The notes beneath the pieces were generated by a model. It searched no databases and was not told the origin of the DNA. It worked only from the letters and a program-made list of their open reading frames with translations. A stretch of 64,000 nucleotides of DNA from Eledone cirrhosa (Eukaryota): assembly GCA_964016885.1 (NCBI GenBank), contig OZ024746.1, forward strand, positions 20,646,001 to 20,710,000, read 5' to 3'. The translations under genes and the position numbers were made by a program. Shown here piece by piece: positions 1 to 13,374 of this stretch. The first letter of the stretch is position 1. Each line of letters starts with the position of its first letter.

Positions 1-250
1 GGTAGTAGGGTGTGTGTTTAGTGTGAGCGCGTGTATATATGTGCCGGTAGGTGTGTGCGTGTGATAAGGAGGGGGGAGGAGGAGAAGAGGGGAGGGAAGG
101 GATGTTAGTATGTTAGTTGGGGAAAGGTGGTCAGATGAGGGGTGGAGTGGAGGTGTTAGTATTGTTAGTTGTGGGGTGGGCGGTGAAAAGGAGGGGTGTG
201 TTAGTGGTGTTAGTGGGGGATAAGTGTGGGGGGAGGGGGGCGGTCGATGG

Positions 251-334
251 CTAAAGGAATGAGGGTGGGGAGTTCAGGCCGGGGGGAGTGTGGGTCTGTA
301 AGATGAAGATAGTTCGTTGTTCGACCGTAAGGCG
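251..334 (-). mobile_element. Penelope-like element 3' remnant (GIY-YIG C-terminus); probable C-rich 3' UTR runs to position 1
   Basis: Manual translation [27 protein letters not shown] matches the PLE endonuclease tail pattern E..IF.L.T..P.GLN, also seen at 37140-37218; truncated against (TA)n at 335-412. Confidence 0.75.
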
Positions 335-339
335 ATATG

Positions 340-409
<70 letters not shown>

Positions 410-630
410 TATAGAACCAGTTTGAAACTAGTTAGACTATTACTCAACAAAATACTCGATACTTGGGGTAATTGAGTATGGTTAGATATATATATGTCTT
501 AAAAAGGGGATCTAATAGAGAGCTCTGCAAATTAGGTTTAGTTTTGATATAACTTGATTTATTTCGTTGAATAACTGAATTAAAATAAAACAATTTAAGA
601 TATAGTCATTAAAATATAATATATATTATA

Positions 631-830
631 TTACACTGGTACACACTTGTGTTGCTGGAAACTGGTTGCATTCATTGAGAACCTGAAATATGATATAAAG
701 GAGAGTTTAAACACATCGGATTTACTTATATTACACTGGCACACACTTGTGTTGCTGGAAACTGGTTGCATTCATTGAGAACCTGAAATATGATATAAAG
801 GAGAGTTTAAACACATCGGATTTACTTATA
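631..830. repeat. 100-bp direct tandem duplication (2 copies)
   Basis: ttacactgg(t/c)acacacttgtg...ggatttacttata starts at 631 and again at 731, nearly identical. Confidence 0.95.
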
Positions 831-1139
831 GTGTACACACACGTGTGCACGCGCACACACACATGCACTCACATTCACACATTCAGACATTCACTTGTCT
901 TTCCTTAATTCCACTTTTGGCTTAGGATAATTTTCTACAAATAATTGCTGCTTACTAGGGAACTCCATTCTTTTATCAAATAGAGTTTATTATTCTAATT
1001 TCTTTGTAGCCATAATTTTCATGGCCTGGAAATTTGAAATGGGCTGCAGTTGACTGAGTTGACTGAGTTAAGTTAGGATGTTTGAAAGTCAAAATGAGTC
1101 GGTAAGTCTTGATCTTAGAACCTAAATCTTTATCTATAT

Positions 1140-1402
1140 GTAGGTATGGTCCCGTAACTCCTGATAGAATCGTAGAGGTGTCGTATTGACATACGGCGTT
1201 TCATGGGCATTTTAGCCTGGCGGAGCCCATCCTTCCAGGCCTGAGTATAGCAGATTTCTTCCAGAGAAATATAGAAAGTGAGAGAGAGGAAACGAGAAAG
1301 AGATATAGAAGAAGAATCGACCCCAGTACTAGACTGATAATTTTTTTTATCGACCTCGAAAGGATGAAAAGCAAAGTTGACCTCGGCGGGATTTGAACTC
1401 CG
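1140..1402 (-). mobile_element. tRNA-derived SINE, family A, long-tail subfamily
   Basis: B box GAGTTCAAATCC, core gcttttcatcctttcgaggtcgataaa, CCATA-type tail; homologous to 5788, 25158, 47090, 53466. Confidence 0.85.
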
Positions 1403-1659
1403 AGAGCACTTTATCTATATAGTGCAAGACAATTTAGCCGATCATTCATTAGTGTTTTTTTGCTATTCTATCTGCCTCTATCTCTGATATAATCTATTGA
1501 CAGCAAAATGCGCAAACATTATATTCTCAATGTCAGTGGAGAAATATGAATTCATGATCTATTAATTGAAGGTTTGTCGTTAATGCAATCACTTAGCAAA
1601 TACAATTCTTTCGTTGGCCTGATAGTTAAATGAACATAACGAAGACAATACACCCACAA

Positions 1660-2278
1660 AACTCCCCCAGAAAAAGCAACAACAACAACAAATCAATCAT
1701 GTACGAAGAGAAAACAACAACAACAACAACAACAACAATATGAAACATAAACACGAGAGAAGAAACATGAAATTATAAAAATTAAAGAACGATAATAATA
1801 ATAAAGAAGATAATCCGGTTGTCTATTCCGATACACAGAATCTCGCATCTCTCTGTAATACTCTAACATAAAGGAACGCTTAATTTATTGAAAGGGCAAA
1901 CATCTTCTTCTTCTTCTTCTTCTTCTTCTTCTTCTTCTTCTTCACTATCAGCACCATCTTTCCCACCACAACCACCACTACCACCACCACCACCACCACC
2001 ACCACCACCACCACCACCACCACCACCACCACCACCACCACCACCAACAGCAGCAGCAGTATTTAACAATTACATCAATAAAAAGCATTATTTTTCAGAA
2101 ATCACCTCAGTTAAAAATCTTTTATGTTGAATCTAACATTAATTACCAGTTGGAAGAGATGTCAAAATTTTGCTTTTGTTTTTTTATTTTCTACTTCTTC
2201 ATTTAATCAATGGAAATTCTAAACTGACAGCAGGGAACCAACCAATTTTAATAAACTGCATATCAGACAAGAACTACA

Positions 2279-2360
<82 letters not shown>

Positions 2361-2762
2361 TAGATAGAGAGATAGATAGATAGATAGATAGATAGAGATA
2401 GATAGAGAGAGAGAGAGAGAGAGGGCGACGCCGTAATCGTAATCAGCATTATCATCACCACTATCAAAATATCCTCTCCAAGACACTCCTAACTCCACCA
2501 TCGTCATCATAAAAATTATCTACACCACCACTGCTAACAACAACAATGACAACAACAACGGCACCACCACCACCACCACTAACAACAACAACAACAACAA
2601 CACCACTAATAAGAACAAAAACAAGAACAACAACAACAAAAACGACGGCAGCAACAACACTAACATCACCACTAACAAGAAGAATAACAACGACGACAGA
2701 ACCACCACTAACAACAACAACAACAGCAACAACAGCAACATTGCAGCCACCGCCAAGACAAC

Positions 2763-2803
<41 letters not shown>

Positions 2804-3916
2804 GCAACAACAACAGCAATAACAACATTAACATCGCCACCACCAACAAAACTAAAAACAACAATAGCAACAACAACAGCAATAACAACAACAATAACAA
2901 CATTAACATCGCCCTCACCACCACCACCACCACCACCACCACCACCAACAACAACAACAAAGACAACCGTTTCAAGAAACAATTATGGAAGTTATTTACT
3001 TGGAGTCAGTCGAAATACAAATTATCCGAGTAAATGAAGCAAACAAAATATCAATAAAAAAAGTTAAAACATGGCTGCCAAAGAAACAAAATGGCTGCCA
3101 ATAATTTTACGAAACAGCGGTGGCAGCAGTAACTTTTGTTAAGTTTCTTAATGAAAAGAAGAAATTAGACACAAAAAGCCCTCTTCTCACCCACCCACAA
3201 AAGATATCAAGATAACTAAAGCAAAATTATTAAAAAACCCCCAAGAAATATATGAAAAATACAAAGGAAAATGAAGAAAACAGTCATCGAATTCTTTAAG
3301 TATGTTCTTCAACTATTTTAATAGCTCTAAAGTAAACTAGTTAAGCCAAAAGACATTTAGGTTTTCACAAGAAATTAAATTTGTTTGGGAGAAAGCAACC
3401 TTAACAATAACATCTACATCATCAATGGCAGCAAGAAGGAGGAGGAGGAAGAGGAGGAAGAGGAGGAGTAGGAGAGAAAAAAGTAGAAAAAAAAGAAGAG
3501 GAAGAAAACAGGACGAGGAGGACGACGACGGCGGCGAATAATAATAATAAAAATAATAATTGTTTCTACTTTCGGCACAAGGCCAGCAATTATCCCACTA
3601 CATTACTGGTACTTTATCTTATCGACCCTGTAAGGATGAAAGGCAAAGTGAACCTCGGCGGGATTTGAACTCAGACCATAAAGGGGCGTAACTCTACCTT
3701 CTACTGATACTGCCAATTCCCCGCGAATAATAATAGTAATTGTTTCTACTTTAGGCACAAGGTCAGCAATTTGAAGGGGGAGAGGAAAGTCGATTAAATC
3801 GACCCCGGTGCATTACTGGTACTTTATTTATCGATCCCGTAAGGATGAAAGGTAAAGCTAACCTCGGTGGGATTTGAACTCAGGACGCAAAGCGCTGTAA
3901 CTCTCTACCGCAAAGC

Positions 3917-3973
<57 letters not shown>

Positions 3974-4782
3974 TGAAAAGAAGAAGAAGAAGAAGAAGAA
4001 GAAGAAGAAGAAGAAGAAGAAGAAGAAGAAAAGCAACAACAACAGTAGCAATATCAACAACGAGTATCACTACTGCTTGGAAATACACAAGCAGCAACAA
4101 CAACAACAACAATAACAACTTCAACAAAGTTGATGTAAATAAAACTTATTTTCTCCCTCAAAATTTAGCAAAGAAAAAAACAAAACAAAACAAAACACCA
4201 ATACACACACACACACAAAAAAAACGGGAAACAAATTAAAAAGAACCACAACAACAACAACAACAACAAAAACAGTAAAACAATTATCATACTCAAAGCC
4301 AATTATTTTTCTAGCCGAAAAAACAAACAAACAAAAAAAAAATCAACAAAAACAACAGAAACTAAAAAAAACAAAAAAACAACAAAACAATGGCAACAGT
4401 AGCAGTAGCAAGCAAACATTCGGATTTCCTTTGAATAAAATAATAATAATAACAATAATAATAATGATAAATGATAATAATAACAATAGTAGTAACAAAG
4501 TAAAGAGTTAATGCTACATCGCTAATACAACTAGTTGAAGTCATTCGGAGGAGGCGGAAAAATATTTTCCGTTTACGAAAATTCATTGAAAATATCATAT
4601 AACAGAAAGGGGAGACAATAAAATATTTTTATTGACGAGAATATAGTCTTTTTTCTATAATTGTAAATAGTAAGAACAACGAAAACAACAATAACAACAA
4701 CAGCAAGGACAACATAAAACATCAGCAAAACTCAATAACAGTAAAAGAAAGAATAACAGCATATGTTGTAACACCACCACCT

Positions 4783-4846
<64 letters not shown>

Positions 4847-5340
4847 CATCACCAACAACAACAACAACAGTAACAACAACACTAACACCAGCACCACCAC
4901 TAGCACCACCAACCCCAACCACCACCATAACCACCGCCACCAACAGCACCAGCACCAGCAGCAACCACCACCACCACCAACAGCACCACCACCAGCACCA
5001 CCAGCAGCACCACCACCACCACCACCACCAAAATAATTACAAAAACAAAAAAAAAACATCTCAATGGAAACAAAAAAACAATAACAGCAACAAAAACAAA
5101 GCAAATAGACAATAAAAAATACAGCAACAGCAGCAGCAACAAACCACATCAACCAGCAAAAAATGACAACAAAAACAACAATAGTAACAACGATATGAAC
5201 AACAATAACAGTAACAGCAATATGAACAACAATAGCAGTAGCAATATGAATTACTATGATTATAACAAAAGAAACGGGAAGAAAAAATATTTTCAAGATG
5301 AAGAAACTACAATAGCAGCCTGTATCTGTCTTGTAGCAGC
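1660..5340. repeat. Strand-biased trinucleotide low-complexity domain (CAA/CCA/CTA/TTC/GAA plus GA/GATA)
   Basis: Direct inspection; it explains all ORF-track calls between 1863 and 5347. Confidence 0.9.
3552..3916 (-). mobile_element. Two tandem family-A SINEs (about 3552-3725 and 3736-3916)
   Basis: Each has the B box, the conserved core and the tgctggccttgtgcc...agtagaaacaatt tail. Confidence 0.9.
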
Positions 5341-5573
5341 AATACACCCCCCCTCCCCGATATAAAACTAATGTAAAAAAGGGTAGGAGATCAACGAAGG
5401 TTTTTATGAACAGCTAAATAAAGGATATCAAAAGGAAATAAAATATGAGACGAATTTTTATTAAAACTTTCTTATATAACGTTTCGTAAAAATACTAACA
5501 ACTGTTCCATGTAAGATAGCAAAAGTACATGACTACTACAAGACTACAATACTACTACATGGATAGTACTATC

Positions 5574-5778
5574 TACGAGGCTCAACTGAAAAGTTCATAG
5601 ACTAGCCAAGATATTTATTCTTATGGAATGACCAAATGAGGTTTATTTTCAACATAGTCCTTGGAAAGAAACAAAGCCGTTATTAATAAAAAGAATTGAA
5701 ATTAACGCATGCAAGATTTCACAGTTCTAGCATCACTCCTTCATAGTCAGCCTATGAACGTTTCAGTCGACCCTCGTA
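5574..5778. mobile_element. Mariner-type MITE
   Basis: Terminal inverted repeats TACGAGG..AACTGAAAAGTTCATAG / CTATGAACGTTTCAGTCGACCCTCGTA with TA ends; resembles Hsmar2-type TIRs; several copies in the window. Confidence 0.85.
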
Positions 5779-5787
5779 TAAGGATAA

Positions 5788-6110
5788 ATGAGCGGTAAAT
5801 TGGCAGAGTGGATAAACTGTCGGATAGAAGGCTTTGGAATATTCGCCCTGACTCTCTGCTCTCTGAGTTCAAATTCTGCCGAGGTCAACTTTGCCTTTTA
5901 TCCTTTCGAGGTCGATAAAAAAAGTACTAGCCTAGTACAGGGGTTGATTCTTCCTCTATATTTCTTTCTCCTTTCCTCTCTATCACTTTCTCTATTTCCT
6001 TGGAAGAAATCGACCTGGAGACGGGCTCCCCCAGGGTTAAAAAAACCCAAGAAATACCGTATGTAAACACGGTGCTTCAACGACTCCATCTGGAGTTTCG
6101 GGTTCATACA
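5788..6110 (+). mobile_element. Family-A SINE, long-tail subfamily
   Basis: A box TGGCAGAGTGG, B box GAGTTCAAATTC, conserved core. Confidence 0.85.
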
Positions 6111-6814
6111 TACATTAATTCAATAAACTTGTCGATGAGTGGGAAGATATTTTAAGGCTGCCACATTATTTTAATGAGAGGTTTGTGGAAACTTAATAAT
6201 GAAGTAAAGATAATTTTCTATAAAAAACTCGTTAATTAAAAAACATTTCTTAATTACATGATATACACAAGTTATTGATAATCTATAATATTATTTTGCT
6301 TGTTATGATATGCATTCAAATATTACCATTTTGAAAACCTTAATTATCGAATCAAATCGAAGACATGATCGATTTTTTTAACATAGCGAAGCAAGTTCGC
6401 GTGTTACATACGAATTTGATGACATAATTGAAATGTTTAACATACGAAAACAATGTTATGAAAATCTATAAATTTATGCATAACAAAATAAGAATATTTA
6501 TATAACGTGGAATTTCAACGGGTCTCCTGAGCTGGTTGTCACTGTTACTTCGATTACGTGACAAAATGTTTTGTATTTGTTCACTTTATATTGAATTCAA
6601 ATGCCACAAAGAGTTGACTTTATCTTTTATTGATTCGGTAATCGATACTAATAAGTATGAAATGGGAGAGCCCTATCATTTTTTGAAGAGTAACACTGTA
6701 TAAAGTTTTGTTGTATATGTTCTGAGTACGCAACCTGCTTGGGTCAACTTCGAACTTCATACCCCTACAGTCTCTAGAACAAATACGTCGTATGTACTAG
6801 GTCTATTGACTATT

Positions 6815-7023
6815 TATGAGGGTCGGCTGAAAAGTTTATAGAATGAAAAGTTCATAGACTGAAAAGTTCATAGGCTGACCAAGATATTATGGAATAACCA
6901 AATAAGGTTTATTTTTCAACATAGACTCTGGAAGGAAACAATGAAGTAATTAATAAGAAGAGTTGAAATTAATGCAAGCAAGGTTTCACAGCACAACTAT
7001 GAACTTTTCAGCCTACCCTCGTA
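6815..7023. mobile_element. Mariner-type MITE
   Basis: TATGAGGGTCGGCTGAAAAGTT ... AACTTTTCAGCCTACCCTCGTA, with internally repeated TIR sub-motifs. Confidence 0.85.
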
Positions 7024-8478
7024 TGTACTGGATCTATTGACTACCAATTAATTATATGTCTCGCTCAAAAATGTATGTGTTTGTACCAGTGTACAAAATC
7101 ATTGTAATAATTACGAATGAGAAAAAAAAGAAACAATAGAAAACAATGTGTGATAACATGTCACAACGAGTATTAGATTGTAGCGCTTAAATATTTTAGT
7201 AACCACTTGCTTCTGTAGCTTCATGCGGATGTGAATCAGGCGCCATTGTAAGCTGACCCCAATTCTAGTTTTTCTACTTCAGTTGATCTAAATAGGTGAA
7301 TTGATGTAGGAGAGTTGACTGTTATGGCTAGAACAAACTAAAGAATTAAGAACATCAAAGTATTTACAATAGAAATAACTATATGACATCTACCTGTCAA
7401 TCAATCAAGATACCAACTCATCAAATAAGCAATATTTTACTTATCCGTGTATATTAATTTATTGCAAAACATATTTCTAAATCCCTAAACGTGCTTTTTT
7501 GAATTCAGAAAATTAAAAATTGCATCTAATTACATTCCCAATATAGCTACAGTTGAGATGTGTTGACATAAAAACAAATATATCTAACAGTTATGATTGG
7601 CTCTGTTGTATTAAGGGAGACAGCTGTCAACTTTTTTTATAAACATCTGAACTCTCTACTGTGATGGGAACAAAAGATCAAATTTATAGCAATATACTTA
7701 CTTCTTGTTGAAGATTATTTCCCAACGACAACACGACCATCGCCAATAACAATGCCAACAGCAACAATTACCATAGCCAAAAAATACAACCTTCCACCAC
7801 TACCACGATTACCAGAAATATATTTAGTAATAAAGTGTGTGAACGATGTTTTTCACAGCTAATGATATTTCTGTAATAATTTGGATTTCAGATGAATAGA
7901 TCAGATCCTTACATCGTCAGCAATGTCAGTCTACTTAGAAATATAACGAAAAATAATCCTAAATCAACGAATAAGATTTGACTACTTCGAGGCTCAAAAT
8001 AATTTGTTTTCTGTGAGTGACGTCAATTTATTGACCTTAACATTACGAATGTCTCATGTTAGTGGCACTTAGTGTTGGGAATGATTGGTTAATGTCTGGG
8101 AATAATATGATTTATGATATTATCTAAATAGAGAAAAATTGGTAGACTTATGTGATTAAACATAATAGATATAATATTATTGACATACACACTATAAACT
8201 CATATGCACATCGCTCATAGACACATAACGTACTCACTTTCACATACATACACACTTAATGTATTCACTTACACACGCGCATACACACACACGCACACAA
8301 ATATCTAAGAAGAATTAACTATAATGTAGAACTCGATACATTTTAAAACAGAGAACATGTTTATTATTTGATTCAGACTTTACAGTTAGTTAACTGTTTC
8401 CCTGTTTTATGGTGGCCCCAGAGATCAGAAATCTGACCTGTGCTAATACACTGAAACAGTGTATTACTGGTTAAGTTG

Positions 8479-8735
<257 letters not shown>

Positions 8736-8825
8736 ATATCTATATATATATATACATACATATATAAATGAAAATAGAGAAATTAATGTAAGCAAGAAGC
8801 CATTTATGTGAGAGATATATATATG

Positions 8826-8997
8826 AGAGATATAGAAGAAGAACCGAACTCGACTGATACATTTTATTTTATCAACCTTGAAAGGACAAAAGGCAAGGTT
8901 GACTTCAGCGAGATCTGAACTCAGAGAACAGAGCTAAAACAAATACCACAAAGCATTCTATCCGATGTTCTAACGACTATGCCAATCCATCACCCTT
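8826..8997 (-). mobile_element. Diverged family-A SINE
   Basis: Degenerate A/B boxes and core. Confidence 0.75.
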
Positions 8998-9276
8998 CAT
9001 ATTATATTATAAACCAAAAAAGAAAAAAATCCAGTAAACGTTTCTACAAATTTCAGAACATTTTTAATAACATGGAATGTATCAGCTAAATGTAACACCA
9101 GGAGAACATTTTTAATAAAATAGATTGTACCAGCTAACTGGAAAAAACATTAAAAGTTAAATATTTTGTTGTTAGATATTATTTCGTCTCTCCGATGAGA
9201 ACTAATTCAATCGAAACCTTCAAAGCGCTAAGATATCAATATAGGTAGATTGATTTCTGTATGTATGTATGTATGT

Positions 9277-9578
9277 TTTCTCTTTCTCTTAATTTCGAGT
9301 ATATTTTTTTGACCGGCCACCTTCCTGGTGGCAAGGTTGTAAAAGAAAAGAAATTGTCATCCCTTGAATCGCAAGAATGTTTTGCAAATTTTGAAGGTGC
9401 CAGCTATGTATGTATGTATGTATGTATGTATGTATGTATGTATGTATGTATGTATGTATGTATGTATGTATGCATGCATGCATGTATGTATGTATTATGT
9501 ATGTATGTATGTATGTATGTTTTCTCTTTCTCTTAATTTCGAGTATTTTTTTTAACCGGCCACCTTCCTGGTGGCAAA
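9277..9578 (-). mobile_element. RLE-LINE family 2, 3' ends (two fragments in (TATG)n)
   Basis: Minus strand encodes ...AGTFKICKTFLRFKG*, homologous to the family-1 C-terminus GTVKICKTFQK; same sequence at 47683-47825. Confidence 0.75.
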
Positions 9579-9589
9579 TGTATGTATGT

Positions 9590-10112
9590 TCACCTGGTTT
9601 TATAATTTCACAAGTTTTTTCCCAATAAAGAGAGAGAGTAGGTTTCTAACATAGACACAAGACTCTCTCATTGGAATTTACACAACATCAACTAAGTAGA
9701 TTATGTATGCATGCATGCATGCATGTGTAGATATGGATGTTATTGTATGTGTGGATGTGTATGTTTTGAGTTGTATGTGTGCATGTGTTTATGCTTTGTA
9801 TCTGTACATGTGTATATGCAGTTATTAGATGCAAAGTTTTTGGAATGTTTTACATATTTTTACTGTTCCATTAATGGATTGTACTTGTAATTTCCTAACT
9901 AGTTGTGTTCTTTCTGTTCCTGTGAAGCCCAGCTTCTCAAGATTTGTATTGAGGCAGTTACTAACATATCCCTGCCCCAATAATCACAGGTATAAATCTG
10001 AAGGTGTAATCAGGATGGAGTATCTGCAGATTTCTCATCAGTTCTGCATAAATATTCTCCTTTTCAATAATCTTTGATATTATATTGGCATCTGCTGGGC
10101 AGCTAATTTCCA
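9590..10112 (-). mobile_element. 5'-truncated RLE-LINE family 1 (R4/Dong-like)
   Basis: Near-identical to 26211-26735; encodes EISCPADANII...LQILHPDYTFRF...GTVKICKTFQK; TATG on both sides. Confidence 0.9.
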
Positions 10113-10142
10113 TGTATGTGTATGCATATGCATGTATGCATG

Positions 10143-10252
<110 letters not shown>

Positions 10253-10388
10253 GAAATATATATATATATTTTCTCTCTCTATATATTATTGTATATACAT
10301 ACATAGATACTCATACACACATCTTGCTTTATTAATATTATTCCCAATCGCTCTCCCTCTCTCTCTCTATATATATAGGTAGATATGT

Positions 10389-10468
<80 letters not shown>

Positions 10469-10703
10469 ATAATTTCCTTGCTCATCCGACTCAGAAGCGG
10501 GCGAGCAATGTGGCAATATTCAACATATTTGGCCTCCTGTTATTTCACTTTATAATACATTTACTCCGTTCCCGTACCACCAACATGATTCAACATTCAA
10601 GGGGGATGAGTTGCATAACGTCGAGTGCTTTTCTCATATTACGTCAAGATTAACATTGCAGAATGACCAATTCTACCCAGTGGTAAACCACCAAATATAA
10701 ACG

Positions 10704-10754
<51 letters not shown>

Positions 10755-10781
10755 ATATTATTTACACACATACACACCCGC

Positions 10782-10874
<93 letters not shown>

Positions 10875-11249
10875 CATATATATATACATATACATATTTG
10901 CATATACATATATATATTCACACCCATCAACCCCCCCCCCCCACATATATTAATGTATTTTATATATATATATGTATGTAAAAGGTAAACAGAAATAACA
11001 ACACAATATATAGAAAAAATTCATACTTACACACATCTTTAGTGTTAATAACACTTACCATGAATAGTCCAATTTCAATGTTAATATCGAGATTTGATAA
11101 TAAGTAACATAACTGCCATTAATAGACATCAATAATTTGTCCCAGGAACAGGTCAGACAAGGTGAAACTTATAGTTAACTGTAAGAATTCTATTGAAATT
11201 ACAATATTTTCCAGCGTACAGAAATATTGCCAACATTTGATTTCTTTTG

Positions 11250-11321
11250 CCAAGGCATAACGTGAACTTTTGTGAATCAAAGCATAGGCTTTGATTCACA
11301 AAAGTTCACGTTATGCCTTGG
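11250..11321. repeat. Perfect 34-bp inverted repeat with a 4-nt loop
   Basis: ccaaggcataacgtgaacttttgtgaatcaaagc-atag-gctttgattcacaaaagttcacgttatgccttgg. Confidence 0.95.
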
Positions 11322-11562
11322 TAGTTGCATTGACTCCAATACATTACTGGTATGTTTTCTAAACACTAAAAAAATTAGAATAGAGAACAATTAACAAATT
11401 ATTGCCAAATATTCGATATACAACATTCGAATTTTCCTTCTTACATGTCTTCCTTTCTACAGTTATTACACTGTTTGGGTTTTTTAATTTTATCTATTTG
11501 TTTGAATCGGTTCTTCCCCATTTTCTTTCTTAACACATATCATGCGCACATATACCCACTAA

Positions 11563-11700
11563 CACGAGGGTAGGCTGAAAAGTTCAACTCTTCTTATTAA
11601 TAGCTGCATTGTTTCTTTCCAGGGACTGAAAAATAAACCTCATTTGATTATTCCATGAGAGTATCTTGGTCAGTCTATGAACTTTCAGCTGACCCTCGTA
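11563..11700. mobile_element. Mariner-type MITE, internally deleted
   Basis: CGAGGGTAGGCTGAAAAGTTCA ... TGAACTTTCAGCTGACCCTCGTA. Confidence 0.85.
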
Positions 11701-12025
11701 TATACCAATTTTCTTTTCTATTGGTATTTCGTAGCGTTGGCATAACTTCCACTATATGGAAATTCCAACTCTAACATGCCTGTGGATATATTCCTTTTTC
11801 GCCAAGACTGAGCGGCTAGTGATAATGTGGTTAATTGTTACTTCACTACCTCCATATTCTGTAGTTACACGTATATTCCAAGAGAAATCCCGTTCATCGC
11901 TGGTGCAGTTCAGAAATATGACACGCATGGCTACATAGTTAAAAAGTCCATTTCTTTACATTCGCGGTTAGAAGAATCAAAGCATTGTACACCTACACTA
12001 TGTATACACACACTATATATATATA

Positions 12026-12239
12026 TTAGATTGACAGTATCGGTAGAGCTTCGGACACCATGATTCTCGACAGAGAGTTATGGCCCTTTACGTTCTGAGT
12101 TCAAATCCCGCCGAGGTTAGCTTTGCTTTTCATCCTTACGGAGTCGATAAAATAAAGCACCAGTAATGCAGTGGGGGGCGATTTAATCGACTTCCTCCTC
12201 CCCTTCAAATTGCTGGTTTATGCCTAAAGAAGAAACAAT

Positions 12240-12241
<2 letters not shown>
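12026..12241 (+). mobile_element. Family-A SINE
   Basis: A/B boxes, core and tail; sits within (TA)n. Confidence 0.9.
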
Positions 12242-12274
<33 letters not shown>

Positions 12275-12275
12275 G

Positions 12276-12306
<31 letters not shown>

Positions 12307-13171
12307 GTATACATAGTGTAGGTGTACAATGTTTTGATATTTCTAACCGCGAATATAAAGAAATGTAACTAAATATTCTGAATCATTTTATCCGTTGGCT
12401 TCGTTTTTGATTTACACCCTCTTGTTAACCTTTAAATATTAATTTTCTTTAAATAAGTTTCACTCTTATAATTATTCATGTCAAACATAGGAGAAACAGT
12501 TCAGTTTTGAATAGGTCATTACTTTTAACCCCTAAACAAATACGCTGAATTGGAATTTGGCAACACCAATCGATTTATTTCTAGTTGATTTATTATTATT
12601 TTTTATATAAATTTCGCCAATTAATTTATGTGTTTATGTGATCTTCAAAGATTTAGATTTCCTTAGCTTGGCATCAGAGGCATCAGTGTGCATGTTTGAT
12701 AAAGTTTTATGTTAATTGAAGTTTTTTTAAATCTTGAACTTTATGCAAAACACAAAAATTTGGTTGCAAAGAAACAGGTTTGAAATGCGATAATAATCTG
12801 AATTTCAGGATTTTATAATCCTGTTTATTTTATCATCAGAATTTCCTTCTAATTTTTATTTATTGCAAATAGGTAGAGAAGTTAAATGGGCGAAAAATTT
12901 ATGATACTGATAATATCAGTAAGACCTCGAATGATTTTGAAATATCATCAAAAATAATTTTAATTATAGATGAAATATGATATGATAATTGTGTATATGA
13001 AATATTAAAGGGAATAACAATGGCAAACGTAATAAAATGAAAGATGATTATTTTGGAAATTAACTAATGTATCGTTACAAACACAACGCGTTCATTTGTT
13101 TATAGTTTCTCATCAAATCCAATGACAACCCTTTGTGAATATTTTGATGATTATATATCTCAATCCTATAC

Positions 13172-13374
13172 CAGGGTATCCCAAAAGTCACATATCATAA
13201 TTTACACATTTTCTTTAATATTCAAAAATAGTTTCAAACAAAATGAAAATTCGAACATACGAAATATATTCCCATTTAATTATGAAGAAAAAAAAAAAAG
13301 AAACAAAAAAGTATAAAAAATCTGCCTTGTTATGACATTTTTAGATTCCTTGAAGTGACGTTTGAGACACCCTG
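13172..13374. mobile_element. Tc1-like MITE
   Basis: Imperfect TIRs CAGGGTATCCCAAAAGTCA / TGACGTTTGAGACACCCTG; related to 54364-54444. Confidence 0.6.

Noticed and set aside
1863-5347. Poly-G/P/T/V/L ORFs (mucin- or extensin-like)
   Set aside because: They are translations of trinucleotide repeats open in several frames, with no domain or splice support
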